This document shows positions 48,725 to 58,981 of a DNA stretch of 64,000 nt, piece after piece (positions within the stretch are counted from its first letter, which is position 1; every line of letters starts with the position of its first letter). The position numbers and the translations under genes were made by a program. The DNA is taken from the UHGV virus genome UHGV-1351770. One strand, 5' to 3'. The notes under the pieces were generated by a model that was not told where the DNA came from, did no database searches, and saw nothing but the letters and a program-made list of their open reading frames with translations. The stretch comes from a virus.

Positions 48725-49620
48725 TTTTTAATTTCTCCAAAGAAATCTATTCTCACTGGGTCTGAAGAAGCAGTAGGTATAATATCCCACTCAACTCTAT
48801 ACACATCTGAGAAATCTAGGCGTTTTGTAATACGTGCTGAAGGAAAATCTATAGAAATATTGTTGTTTCTTATATTTAAGGGTACATCTATCTCCGGTTC
48901 GATATTGTAAACCATGTCTCCTGCAAAACGTTTTAAGTAGTACAGAGAAATGGTTGCCGAAGCATTCATTTCATTTACATAAGCTCTTTTATTATTATAA
49001 ATTTTATTTATATCAAAAACACTCTTATCCTCTCTCCAGGAGCACTGCTGTTGGAAAGATAAAGAGGCAGAAATAAGACCGGGTAAGATGCTGCCATTAG
49101 TAGAAGCTATTACTGGGCTGTAAGACATTACTTCACCCTGTATAATAGAAGCTGCTTCTCTATAGGTAGATACTTCTGAGAATTTCCCAGACTCAATACC
49201 AATATTAAGAATTGGTATATTCTTATCTAAAGAAAAATCTACTGTAGATACATAACAGTTTTCAAAATATACACAGTTATTATCTTTGTTTACTATATAG
49301 ATATTGAACATAATAGGTTCAATATTATTACTATATAATGGGAGTAAGAAAGTATTACCTTTTCTATCAAAACCTAACCATTCAAAGAAGTTAGCTTCAG
49401 TAAGAGTATTACTAAAATTTACTGCTAGAGAGATAGAAGAAGGGGTTTGAGCATTTATAATAGAGTCTGCATAGTTAGTTCTACGATGAACAGTCCTACG
49501 AAGAGTCTTGAATTCCTCGTAGGAAGTCTGTATATCATAGTTTGATAGGGCATCAAAATGAAATGCCCTACCATCATACTCAACTATAACTTTTGACTCT
49601 CGCATTAGAGAGTAGTACAT
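48721..49620 (-). CDS. tail protein (T5 p140-like, 299 aa)
   Basis: Synteny immediately downstream of the tail tube gene. Confidence 0.55.
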   Translation of the reverse strand: MYYSLMRESKVIVEYDGRAFHFDALSNYDIQTSYEEFKTLRRTVHRRTNYADSIINAQTPSSISLAVNFSNTLTEANFFEWLGFDRKGNTFLLPLYSNNIEPIMFNIYIVNKDNNCVYFENCYVSTVDFSLDKNIPILNIGIESGKFSEVSTYREAASIIQGEVMSYSPVIASTNGSILPGLISASLSFQQQCSWREDKSVFDINKIYNNKRAYVNEMNASATISLYYLKRFAGDMVYNIEPEIDVPLNIRNNNISIDFPSARITKRLDFSDVYRVEWDIIPTASSDPVRIDFFGEIKK

Positions 49621-49624
49621 TTAT

Positions 49625-51031
49625 TTAACCACCAGCACTAACTGTGATAGTTTTAGTACCTTCTACACCAGAACCGTCTTTAGCTACAGCCTTCACAGTA
49701 ACTGCACCAGTTTTAGAGGCATCAGCTGTTAATAATCCAGATTCTGCATCAATCGTAGCTGCGTTACCGCTAGAAATAGACCAAATTACAGCCTTATTAG
49801 TAGCTTCTGGAGGTGTTACCTCAACAGACATCTGTAAAGTATTACTATTTGTTACAGAAGTAGCCTCACCAGCCGATTTAACTGTGATTGATTCAACTAG
49901 TTTTGGTGGAGTTTTAGCACCATCCCCTGTAGCAATCAGATTAGCCACAGTAGTTTTTGTATACTTGTTAGAAAATCCGAGATAACCCTCGTCACCAGTA
50001 TCCAAATCTGTAGGAATAGCCTTAAACTCTACTGAAGTACCAAGTACATCATCAGTCTCAATAGTAGGAATGTTAACGTGCGCCTGTTTAGCAACTAACA
50101 CAGCTGCCGGACGTTCCTCGTCATATTCACCACCCAAAATAAGTGCGATTTCAAAACGGTTAACTACCTTAAGGGTTTTAATTAGATCTTTATATAATTC
50201 CATAGATCCTAGAGACTTATCATTAAGGTATGCTGTCAAAGAACCCGTTAGTTCAAACGCACCAGTAAATGAGCCGATTGGAATATTTACACGTGACATA
50301 ATATTCGGGGTTAGGTACGTGATGTTGTTATTAATGGTAAAAGTACCACCAGTAATAGGAATATCATATGCCTTATCAGAATCCATATCCTTAATTTTTA
50401 GGATAGTTAACTTGTTCTTAATGTAAGAACTCTGAATAGTTATATAGGTTTCATCATCAATACCTAATGCATCAGGGTCAAATGGTTGGCTGTCTAACGG
50501 GATGAGCTGATTACCATTACCAGACCAAGTTACACGACCAATATCTTCAATATCAACGTTAACTTCTGCCTGGTTGATCTGGCAAGAGTCAATGTAACTC
50601 CACGCATTGTCAGTTAGAATGTAAATATGCAGCATAGCCAGTTCGTGATATGCGTTATCTTTGAAGTTAACCATGAAGTTAGTAGCATTATTATGTGCTC
50701 CGGTATCTCCATCAAGGTTAATAGCTTTACCACTAGAAAGTGCATGCCATAACATATAGTCAGGAACAATTTGTTTGCTAGTAGTTTTATCCTTGTATGG
50801 CAGGATATAAGTAGAAAAACTCCACTCAGCCGCATTTAAAGAATCGTTAAAACGTTTAGAACCACGAGTAGGACGCGGACCAGCTTCATTAACAGTAATA
50901 TCTGTTGAGTTACTGTCCTGACCCCAAGAAATATCATCCTGAACTAGAATCTCTTGCGTGTTGGTCTTGTCGTGACCAGTCTTAACCGTAGACACGAAGA
51001 TTCGAGTATTACGTAATAGTTGTAAAGACAT
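49625..51031 (-). CDS. major tail tube protein (pb6-like) with C-terminal Ig-like (Big_2) domain
   Basis: 468 aa (T5 pb6 is 464 aa). The C-terminal about 85 aa, TVKSAGEATSV...VKAVAKDGSGVEGTKTITVSAGG, is a Big_2-type Ig domain. Confidence 0.85.
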   Translation of the reverse strand: MSLQLLRNTRIFVSTVKTGHDKTNTQEILVQDDISWGQDSNSTDITVNEAGPRPTRGSKRFNDSLNAAEWSFSTYILPYKDKTTSKQIVPDYMLWHALSSGKAINLDGDTGAHNNATNFMVNFKDNAYHELAMLHIYILTDNAWSYIDSCQINQAEVNVDIEDIGRVTWSGNGNQLIPLDSQPFDPDALGIDDETYITIQSSYIKNKLTILKIKDMDSDKAYDIPITGGTFTINNNITYLTPNIMSRVNIPIGSFTGAFELTGSLTAYLNDKSLGSMELYKDLIKTLKVVNRFEIALILGGEYDEERPAAVLVAKQAHVNIPTIETDDVLGTSVEFKAIPTDLDTGDEGYLGFSNKYTKTTVANLIATGDGAKTPPKLVESITVKSAGEATSVTNSNTLQMSVEVTPPEATNKAVIWSISSGNAATIDAESGLLTADASKTGAVTVKAVAKDGSGVEGTKTITVSAGG

Positions 51032-51057
51032 TTAATTATTTTCTCCTAATCTGTAAC

Positions 51058-51543
51058 TTATCTGCGAAGTGACCTACGTGGAGGCTGATACCTCACTGTT
51101 ACATTTATTTCTGCTAAACCATATGGGGCCAGTAGACCCTCATCTGTACTAACTGATGTAATGCTCATATCAGTCGCCTCACATGGGAAGGTCGATCCAT
51201 TAGGTTTACTAACAGTATATTCTAAATTTCCACCTGTGTCAATAACGGTTTTTATATCCGCTACGAGTTTTTCAAGTTGCTCTTGAATGTCTGTTTTCTC
51301 TTTATCATACACCAGGATAGGAAGTTCTAAAAACATCCACTGTTGACCTGAGGGAAGATACTGCCCAGTTTCAGTTCCGATATGAACTGCAACATAAGGA
51401 AACTCTCTTATCTCCTCAAACTTATAAGTTTGACGTGAGACGTTTCCATACAAGTTATTAAAATATTCATCTGGTTGGGAGCCATCCATTTGTTTGGCTA
51501 TTCGGTCAACCAGAGCTTGTGCTATACTTGTTCTGTGATCCAT
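51058..51543 (-). CDS. tail completion protein (p142-like, 161 aa)
   Basis: Size and position. Confidence 0.55.
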   Translation of the reverse strand: MDHRTSIAQALVDRIAKQMDGSQPDEYFNNLYGNVSRQTYKFEEIREFPYVAVHIGTETGQYLPSGQQWMFLELPILVYDKEKTDIQEQLEKLVADIKTVIDTGGNLEYTVSKPNGSTFPCEATDMSITSVSTDEGLLAPYGLAEINVTVRYQPPRRSLRR

Positions 51544-51546
51544 TTA

Positions 51547-52314
51547 TTAGGTTCCTTGATTAACCTTAATTTTGTATCTGGAGTGAATTAAGTCTCTTGC
51601 AGCTTTAGCTATCGCCTCTCCAATTAATCTTTGAGGGTTTCTAGCACCTGGGTAGGGTCGTAATGACAATCTTCGATATGTAGATACTGCAGGATTAAAT
51701 ACTGAATATGGACGTACCATATAATTATAGGTAACATTTAATTCAGGAGCACCTTTGCTAGTTCCAGCATCTCTAAGCATAACATCTTTAACTTTTAGAG
51801 AATTTGCAAAACGACCTGTTCTAAACTTAAGTGGAGCTCCTGCTTTTTTCATATCCTTTATTAAGTATTCTTTAGCAACCAACTCCAGAATAACCTTCAT
51901 ATTGCTATTAGATACAAAACGTCCTGAAGCACCTGTTACTGCACCAGAATATCCATCTTCTACGTCTCTAGGATCCCCAAAGTTTACTTGAACTCTACCA
52001 GTAGAACGTTTTTTACCTACAGAGGATTTTTTACCAGCGGTTGCTTGAATAAGACTTTCTAAAGCACCTAAGTCTCCCGTTAGATCTAAGCTAGAAGAAA
52101 CTGCTTTTAGAATAGAAGCGGTCCTAACATTAAGGAGGTCTTGGGATACAGGTTTTGAGAATTTAAAAGATACCTGAGCAACAGTACCATCTCTAGTAGG
52201 ATCTTTCAGTCCTGTTTCAACAGAATATACAACGGTATTCTTATTATTCTCGGAACGTCCCGCAGTATCTAATTGCTCCTTAATAATTTGTGTAGCTAAA
52301 TCAGAAAGAGACAT
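51547..52314 (-). CDS. head-tail joining / tail terminator protein (p143-like, 255 aa)
   Basis: Position between the capsid and tail modules. Confidence 0.5.
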   Translation of the reverse strand: MSLSDLATQIIKEQLDTAGRSENNKNTVVYSVETGLKDPTRDGTVAQVSFKFSKPVSQDLLNVRTASILKAVSSSLDLTGDLGALESLIQATAGKKSSVGKKRSTGRVQVNFGDPRDVEDGYSGAVTGASGRFVSNSNMKVILELVAKEYLIKDMKKAGAPLKFRTGRFANSLKVKDVMLRDAGTSKGAPELNVTYNYMVRPYSVFNPAVSTYRRLSLRPYPGARNPQRLIGEAIAKAARDLIHSRYKIKVNQGT

Positions 52315-52826
52315 TATACTCTCCTGTAAACTTCAATAATAGTACGAATATGCTCTGGAATACCAGACTTAGTATTATTAAAAGTAACTGTTTCTCCACC
52401 AATTGTTTTAGCTTGGCGATAATCCTGTTTGTGCCAATGATCTACTAGCATACATGCTGCAAGTTTGAGATCCTCAGGTATTGGATTAAATCCACCTTGT
52501 GTGTATTCTACATCCATATAACCTTCTGGAGGGTTAAATTTAAGAAGTATAACCCCATCTGAGTATAATTTGTATTGCTCGGGATCTATCTCCTTATCAT
52601 TAATAGTCATTTTGGTTACTGAAGTAGCCGAGGGAGAACTTAAGAAGTATTTTTTACGAGAAGGTTTTGTATTGATTAACTGGTCTACCGCATCAGCATC
52701 ATCCATACCTAGGAGGCTGGTAATCAGCGCGTTGGCAGCAGTAATCATCATCTCTACTCCAGATTCTAGTTCCGGTCGTTTTAACCCACCGTATAATCTA
52801 TAGTCTTCAGCTGTGATTATTTGCAT
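52314..52826 (-). CDS. head completion/connector protein (p144-like, 170 aa)
   Basis: Position immediately downstream of the MCP. Confidence 0.5.
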   Translation of the reverse strand: MQIITAEDYRLYGGLKRPELESGVEMMITAANALITSLLGMDDADAVDQLINTKPSRKKYFLSSPSATSVTKMTINDKEIDPEQYKLYSDGVILLKFNPPEGYMDVEYTQGGFNPIPEDLKLAACMLVDHWHKQDYRQAKTIGGETVTFNNTKSGIPEHIRTIIEVYRRV

Positions 52827-52885
52827 TTATTTTTCCCAATAAAAAAGGAGAGCCGAAGCTCTCCTTATCGGCTGAAAAGCCTGTA

Positions 52886-54262
52886 TTAAGCGGTAGCGTA
52901 AGCACCGGATACAACACCATTACTAAAGTAACGTTGCAGGTTAACACGCTGAGTAACGTAGTATGCATCACGCTGTTTACCAGCTTGACGCTCACGTTCA
53001 ACAGTAACAGCACGCTGGCGTGGCATTACGAAGTTATCTTTATAAACAATAACTGCGAACTCTTTCTCAGCTGCTTTAGCTGGGAAGTACTCAGAAACTA
53101 CAACCGGCAGACCATAAATACGACCAACCTGACCTTGCAGTTTAACAGCATCGTTACCAACCTGTGCAACATCCTGCCATTCTTCATCTTCTAGCAGATC
53201 GTAGTAAGCATCCATAGATACGATCAGTACCAGTTTGCTTAGTTTCAGACCATGACGGCCCAGTTTACGACGTAGTTTAGAAATGGTTTTAGCAGTTACC
53301 AGAACAGTACCATCAGCTTTAGCTTCGGTAGTAACTTTAGCACCATCGTCTTCAGCCAGTTTCAACAGACCTTTCGGCTGACCCGTACCATTACCAGTCA
53401 TAAACGCTTCTTCGATAGAAACAGCATGTGCTTCGATCAGACGCTTACGCAGCAGAGGCAGCAGGGAGAAGATCGCATCTTCTTCAGTTTCATCAGTGAT
53501 GAAGGACTTAGCAGCCAGCTTGTAAGTTTTGAAGCTGATTTCAGTCAGGGCACCTTTAACTTCGTCACCAACAGTTTCGTCAGTACCAAATTTGGAAGCA
53601 TCTACCCAAGTAGCTTTTCCAGCTTCGGGTTCAACGAGCATAGTAAGAATTTTGCTGGACATTGGCAGTTCATCGAACAGTGCACCAACTACTAATTCTT
53701 TCTGCAGGTCACGGATAATACGGGTGGAGAAGATAGTTTCGTATGCTTCGCTAGACATAGAAACGGAAGAAGAACCATTGACAGCCTTAACGTGGGCTTT
53801 ACCATGTTCAGTTTCGAATACGTCCTTCTCCATCATATAAGATAACAGAACTAGTTTTTCAACTTCATCTTCAAAAGCTTCCTGAGTACCGTATAGTGCT
53901 TTAGCTACACTATCACCAACGAAGGAACGACCTTCACGAGCTGCTAGCAGAGATTTGATTTCGTCCTGAAGACCAACAATAGTTTCCTGCTGCTTTTCTA
54001 CAGTCTGTGCGAACAATTCTGCACTCTTTTTAGATTTTTCATCCAGGGACTTAACCAGTTCCAGAGCTTGTTCCAGTTTCTGACGATCTTCGCCAACTGC
54101 TTTAGAAACCAGATCATTCATACGAGCCAGTTCTTTTTCTTCCTGCTCTTTACGCATACGTTCAGCTTCGGCAGCTTTCTGAGCAGCGGTCAGACCTTCC
54201 AGAGATTTAGCCAGATCACCCAGACCAAGTTCTTCTTTCAGCTTATTAATATCAATAGTCAT
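52886..54262 (-). CDS. major capsid protein with N-terminal scaffolding (delta) domain (pb8-like)
   Basis: 458 aa, the same as T5 pb8. N-terminal about 150 aa is a charged coiled coil, followed by an HK97-like body. Confidence 0.88.
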   Translation of the reverse strand: MTIDINKLKEELGLGDLAKSLEGLTAAQKAAEAERMRKEQEEKELARMNDLVSKAVGEDRQKLEQALELVKSLDEKSKKSAELFAQTVEKQQETIVGLQDEIKSLLAAREGRSFVGDSVAKALYGTQEAFEDEVEKLVLLSYMMEKDVFETEHGKAHVKAVNGSSSVSMSSEAYETIFSTRIIRDLQKELVVGALFDELPMSSKILTMLVEPEAGKATWVDASKFGTDETVGDEVKGALTEISFKTYKLAAKSFITDETEEDAIFSLLPLLRKRLIEAHAVSIEEAFMTGNGTGQPKGLLKLAEDDGAKVTTEAKADGTVLVTAKTISKLRRKLGRHGLKLSKLVLIVSMDAYYDLLEDEEWQDVAQVGNDAVKLQGQVGRIYGLPVVVSEYFPAKAAEKEFAVIVYKDNFVMPRQRAVTVERERQAGKQRDAYYVTQRVNLQRYFSNGVVSGAYATA

Positions 54263-54279
54263 TTTTAAATAATTCTCCG

Positions 54280-54912
54280 TTATTCTTTAACGTAGCCTAA
54301 AGCTATCGCAAGTTTTTCTAGTTCAGAAAGATTACGTTCTTGAGCTGGGACAGCTTTAGAACTTATTGCAGTAAAAGATTTACGCCATTCAGTATAATCA
54401 TGACCATTCATGCTCTTAGCGAGATTGAACGTAGAGTCCTGATTACAAGGTACAGAAACTACCGAAACTTCGTATAGTTCTAAATCTTTAATAATAAATA
54501 TATCAGTAGCTTCATCCCACTCTGCATCTAGGCAGCGGAATCCGATACTAAAAGTTTTCAGTACACCGTTTTTAATTAGTGAAAAGATAGCCGGATCAGA
54601 ACTTTCATAGATCTCGCATTCTATTTCGAGACCCATTTCAGTAGGGTTAAGATCAATGCACTTACCGATTGGACGACGATGATCGTGTCCGAAAAGAATA
54701 ATCGGGTTTTTCATGTAGTTAGTAAGTGCATTAGACGTTTTCCACGCAGAAGCAGGAATTACATCACCAGCGCGATCTTTACTAATTGTATTAGCGAATC
54801 CACGGATTTTTACAACACCCTCTTTGGATTCGCTATCAATAGATTTAATATAAGCATCTAAATGAACGGGTGCTGATTTTAACTTGTTATAGTCAATAGC
54901 AGCTTGTGTCAT
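54280..54912 (-). CDS. prohead protease (pb11-like, 210 aa)
   Basis: Size identical to T5 pb11; sits between the decoration protein/portal and the MCP. Confidence 0.75.
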   Translation of the reverse strand: MTQAAIDYNKLKSAPVHLDAYIKSIDSESKEGVVKIRGFANTISKDRAGDVIPASAWKTSNALTNYMKNPIILFGHDHRRPIGKCIDLNPTEMGLEIECEIYESSDPAIFSLIKNGVLKTFSIGFRCLDAEWDEATDIFIIKDLELYEVSVVSVPCNQDSTFNLAKSMNGHDYTEWRKSFTAISSKAVPAQERNLSELEKLAIALGYVKE

Positions 54913-54915
54913 TTA

Positions 54916-55407
54916 TTAGCCTCCAACCCCCGGGTTAACTGTCACAGTACACGCAGTAGAATCCTTACTTACTCGCTTACTATCTGTTACAGTTACTTTA
55001 TAGACCCCAGAATCCTCAGCTGCTGCTGCAGGCTTAGTATAGGTAGCTCCTGATGCTTCAGGAATAGGAGAACCATCTTTAGTCCATGCATAAGTATATG
55101 GACCAGTACCACCAGTTGCAGTAACAGAAAGTGTTAATGCTGCTCCCTCTTCAACTGACATGCTAGCAGTTAAATCTTTAGAAAGAGTTAATGGTGGGGC
55201 CGGTGGGGTCGGAGGAACTGCTTTACCATAAGCCTCTACAAATTTCTTCCATACTTTACGGTTAGTATGCGCAGATGAAAGCCCTAGTTCTCTACGCAGA
55301 AAAGCATAGCTAGGAACATATTTATGCGCAGCAACCGTAGCAAAGAAGATATGAGATTCTGGCAGTTTTTCACCAAAAATGGTCTTTAGACCATTATAAT
55401 CAATCAT
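54916..55407 (-). CDS. capsid decoration protein with C-terminal Ig-like domain (pb10-like)
   Basis: 163 aa. The C-terminal half, ALTLSVTATGGTGPYTYAWTKDGSPI...GVYKVTVTD, is an I-set/Ig-like domain. T5 pb10 is 164 aa with the same architecture. Confidence 0.75.
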   Translation of the reverse strand: MIDYNGLKTIFGEKLPESHIFFATVAAHKYVPSYAFLRRELGLSSAHTNRKVWKKFVEAYGKAVPPTPPAPPLTLSKDLTASMSVEEGAALTLSVTATGGTGPYTYAWTKDGSPIPEASGATYTKPAAAAEDSGVYKVTVTDSKRVSKDSTACTVTVNPGVGG

Positions 55408-56621
55408 TCTTTATCTCCCTCGGTGGAACCTTGAGGTCTACCACCTTCTTGACCAGATACACCTGTTGCAGAACCAGCAACGTTAGCAGGAATACGAATC
55501 TTATTCATCTGCTCATCATCTAAAGGTTCAAGGTTCAGCTCTAAACGAGCTTCGTTACCAGTCATAATACCATTATTAACCAATGAGGTTAAATGTTTAG
55601 CCTCAGCTTCTTTATCTGGTGTTAATGCAGCTACTTCCTTAGTATTAGGAGTAATCTTATAACCAAAAAAGAAAGTAAGAGAACTAGTCAGTTTGTTCAG
55701 CATAGGAATGATAGTCATATAATAGAACAGTTCGATGTTTGGTCGAATGTTCGCGTTATTACCACCATCAAGTAGCACTTGCGGAACACCAAAGGCTAGA
55801 CAGATGGATTTATTAAATCCTTCGATGTCTTCCTTAAAGTCTAGATCTTTAAAAGAGGATATTTGGGAGTACGGTTTAGCTTTCATACCACCATCTAGAA
55901 TCAGGACAGAGGACTGACCAGTACTAGGATTATAATCTAGTTGTAATTCTTCTTGTTTACGCTCACGCAATTTCTTGTTCAGGATTTCATCCGTCTCAAG
56001 AATAAGACCAATCACGGTTCCGTTATCGAGGAATTTCTCTTTAAAGTTAAGCATTTTAGAACGCTTCTCGAGAGAATCAATAACAGTAGCAACACGAGAT
56101 TGTCCAGAAATTTGAGAATTTGTGCCACACACGTAACTGTTATCCTTTATAAAGATAATCTCATCTACGCGATAGTCTATCTGGTTATTAAATATAAATT
56201 TTTTGATAAACTTATTGGCGTCTGCCTCTACTTGCATTAGTGCAGCAGGGACATGATAAAGTGCTGTGCCATCCCAATAGATGTACGCACAACCTTCAAA
56301 AAGTAGGTCAGTGACTACAAGTCTACGGAATGTGCTTATATCCATGAATGGATTAGGTCGTACATTTAAGAGAGTGTCTAGAGTCTTTGCCTTGATGCCA
56401 TTGGCATACGTGACAATATTATATTTATCTCCGACAGTATAAGAACACTCCGCCGCACTATCTATAACCATATTAGCAGTTCTATTGAGAATCTCAATTT
56501 TACTATAGGCTTGTCCAGTGGTAAAAGGCTTACGGTTAGTGCGGTGACTAACTGGTTCCATGTCTCTTATAATACGTTGACCCGGATTTAGCTTTTCAGT
56601 AATCCAGCTTTTAAAACCCAT
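55404..56621 (-). CDS. portal protein (pb7-like, 405 aa)
   Basis: Size and position between terminase/HNH and protease. Confidence 0.8.
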   Translation of the reverse strand: MGFKSWITEKLNPGQRIIRDMEPVSHRTNRKPFTTGQAYSKIEILNRTANMVIDSAAECSYTVGDKYNIVTYANGIKAKTLDTLLNVRPNPFMDISTFRRLVVTDLLFEGCAYIYWDGTALYHVPAALMQVEADANKFIKKFIFNNQIDYRVDEIIFIKDNSYVCGTNSQISGQSRVATVIDSLEKRSKMLNFKEKFLDNGTVIGLILETDEILNKKLRERKQEELQLDYNPSTGQSSVLILDGGMKAKPYSQISSFKDLDFKEDIEGFNKSICLAFGVPQVLLDGGNNANIRPNIELFYYMTIIPMLNKLTSSLTFFFGYKITPNTKEVAALTPDKEAEAKHLTSLVNNGIMTGNEARLELNLEPLDDEQMNKIRIPANVAGSATGVSGQEGGRPQGSTEGDKE

Positions 56622-57058
56622 TATAAGAACCTTGCGAATCCTGATTTTGTTTCAGTCTTGACTTGTGTCTTTTCTTGAGGATTCTGTAATTTGTCTTTCT
56701 GCTTTTGAACCCACACTTTTTGCTTATTAGCAGAAAATAAAGGAGGTTCTTTTGTGTAAACCTTATGTAATAATTGGTGATGGTGTACACAAAGGGTAAC
56801 AGTGTCTTCTACTAGCTCATGCCTATATCGATCATAGAATGCCGTCCTATTTGAAAGGACTATTTCTTCGTCAGTGAAATCCAATTGGAGTTCTTTAGCA
56901 AATTTTTTAACTAGTAGAGACACCGTATGGTAATGATGAAGCTCTAATTCTTCAGCACAACCGCAGATAGCACATTGAGAGTCTTTTTTATATTGACTTT
57001 TTATTCCGTCTCTCATAAGGGATATAGCATCGCGTTTATATTTTATATTGCTTGCCAT
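56621..57058 (-). CDS. HNH endonuclease
   Basis: CAICGC...HHYH...H...HHH zinc/HNH motifs. Internal start MASNIKYKRD with GAGGAG RBS (57065..57070). Confidence 0.75.
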   Translation of the reverse strand: MASNIKYKRDAISLMRDGIKSQYKKDSQCAICGCAEELELHHYHTVSLLVKKFAKELQLDFTDEEIVLSNRTAFYDRYRHELVEDTVTLCVHHHQLLHKVYTKEPPLFSANKQKVWVQKQKDKLQNPQEKTQVKTETKSGFARFL

Positions 57059-57172
57059 AGTGTTCTCCTCAACTGTATGAATATAGTATACATAATCGTA
57101 TCGAATTTGTAAAGGGGATTTTAAAATGCAGGAATGGGATACCAACTGAGTAGTATCCCATCCTATACTTAT

Positions 57173-58489
57173 TTATTTACCACGGGAAATAGAGTAAATT
57201 CCATAGCGCAGAGCATCACAAAGGTGAGAGTTAGCATCATGACGTGGTTTTTCACGTGATAATTTTTCTTCACCTTCTTGGAAATCCCACTTATAGTTCT
57301 GCAATGCATGGATTAATGAGGAACATGAAGCATCTACAATAATCTTACCCTGCTGGAATAGCGCCTGTAAACATGCTAGACCATCTAGAACAGATTTTTT
57401 AGCCGGAGCTGATGCAATTTCATGTTCATAAGCTAAGTCCTGGCGGAACTGAGCTGCCGCGGAGTCAACGAAGATACGATCTACGTTATAACGATCTATA
57501 CAGTGCTGAATATACGCAGCATGTTGGGCTGTGGTTTTCTCCGCCTGCTGGTATTCTTCTAGTACATAGTAAGTATCCGTATCGTAATGATATTTAATAG
57601 TAAGAACTGCTGTAGGATCACGATAACCAACGTCAATACCGAGCAACGTTTCGAAGGCTTCATCATCTTTAAAGAAGTGACGCATACCTTTGAGGTCTTT
57701 AACATGATCTATAGCATTAAAGGTATCAAAGATCTGACCTTCGAATACAGAGAAGTCAGCCTCGTATTCTTGGCGGAAGTAGTTTTTACTAACTGTACGA
57801 CGTGCTTCCTCAATGTCATTCAAATCCGCACGGGGGTTATCACGATATGTACCATGAATAGACACCCAGTTAGGTAACGTATCATCAAATCCGTAGGCAT
57901 AAAACTCTTTAAACCAGTTACCTCCACGAGGAGTAGAGATAAATAGAGCCTTAGAATTAGGTTTATCTAGGGTAGGACGCAACTGAACCCTGAAAGCATC
58001 ACCACCCACATCGGAAATTGCCGCTTCGTCAAAGATGATAAAATCGTATGAACGTCCAACCGCGGAGTCAGCCTGAGCCGCGGAAGCTAGTTTAAATAGA
58101 GAACCATTAGCTAACTCAATCTCTTTATCTTTAGCGTTTTCACGTTCGGTTTGTAGGCCATACTTTTTAATAAGACCACGAATCTGAGACCATCCGATGT
58201 TGGCCAGCGAGTAGTTAGGGGCAACTACTAGTACCTTCACATTAGGTTCCAGCAATTTTAGGAACCCAAGTGTATACGCTATAAAAGACTTGCCCACACG
58301 GCGTGATACACACGCCGTTACAAAACGATGTCTAGGATCTTCTAGCGCATTGATAATTGCTATTTGAGGACCATTAGGTGTAATGCCCTCTTGTGCTAGT
58401 ATTCCCGAAACAGGTAGACGAAAGAAACGTTTGTCTATTCCGAAATCAATAACATCAACTGTGTTAACGTAGGGTCTTGATACTTCCAT
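57173..58489 (-). CDS. terminase large subunit
   Basis: 438 aa, the same as T5 TerL. Walker A RRVGKS, plus a C-terminal RNaseH-like nuclease region. Confidence 0.88.
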   Translation of the reverse strand: MEVSRPYVNTVDVIDFGIDKRFFRLPVSGILAQEGITPNGPQIAIINALEDPRHRFVTACVSRRVGKSFIAYTLGFLKLLEPNVKVLVVAPNYSLANIGWSQIRGLIKKYGLQTERENAKDKEIELANGSLFKLASAAQADSAVGRSYDFIIFDEAAISDVGGDAFRVQLRPTLDKPNSKALFISTPRGGNWFKEFYAYGFDDTLPNWVSIHGTYRDNPRADLNDIEEARRTVSKNYFRQEYEADFSVFEGQIFDTFNAIDHVKDLKGMRHFFKDDEAFETLLGIDVGYRDPTAVLTIKYHYDTDTYYVLEEYQQAEKTTAQHAAYIQHCIDRYNVDRIFVDSAAAQFRQDLAYEHEIASAPAKKSVLDGLACLQALFQQGKIIVDASCSSLIHALQNYKWDFQEGEEKLSREKPRHDANSHLCDALRYGIYSISRGK

Positions 58490-58971
58490 TACTTCTTACC
58501 TCCAGTAGCTAGGGAAGTAATTAAGTCCATGTAGTTTTGATCCCCAGCTCCAGCAATAATATTATTCTGGATATTGGTCTGATTAGCAGGAGCACGGACG
58601 GCAGCTTTAGCTTTTTCTAGCTCCACCATCATTTTCATCTCCTCCATTTTCATCTTATGTGCCTTCCAGAGAATATCCATAATATCTTGGTCAGAACCCA
58701 TACCAGTTTCTTCTAGTTCCTCCAGCTTACGTTTAATAACTTCATCTAGAACACCAAACAAACGATCCCTGTTACGGAATCCACTCTCCATAAAAATATC
58801 ATTTAAGTAGTTCTTAACTTCACTACGATTCATAATATCTCGGAAAGCAATTTCGGACATTCCAAGACTACGTGCGGCAGAAGGCACATCGCTGCCACAC
58901 TGTAAATAAGCTTCGATCACATCCATCCCTTCAGGGGACATAAGATCTGGTACTAATACATCATTTGCCAT
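58489..58971 (-). CDS. putative terminase small subunit / DNA-binding packaging protein (160 aa)
   Basis: Immediately upstream of TerL. Predicted N-terminal HTH ([19 protein letters not shown]). Confidence 0.5.
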   Translation of the reverse strand: MANDVLVPDLMSPEGMDVIEAYLQCGSDVPSAARSLGMSEIAFRDIMNRSEVKNYLNDIFMESGFRNRDRLFGVLDEVIKRKLEELEETGMGSDQDIMDILWKAHKMKMEEMKMMVELEKAKAAVRAPANQTNIQNNIIAGAGDQNYMDLITSLATGGKK

Positions 58972-58981
58972 ATTTCCTCCT

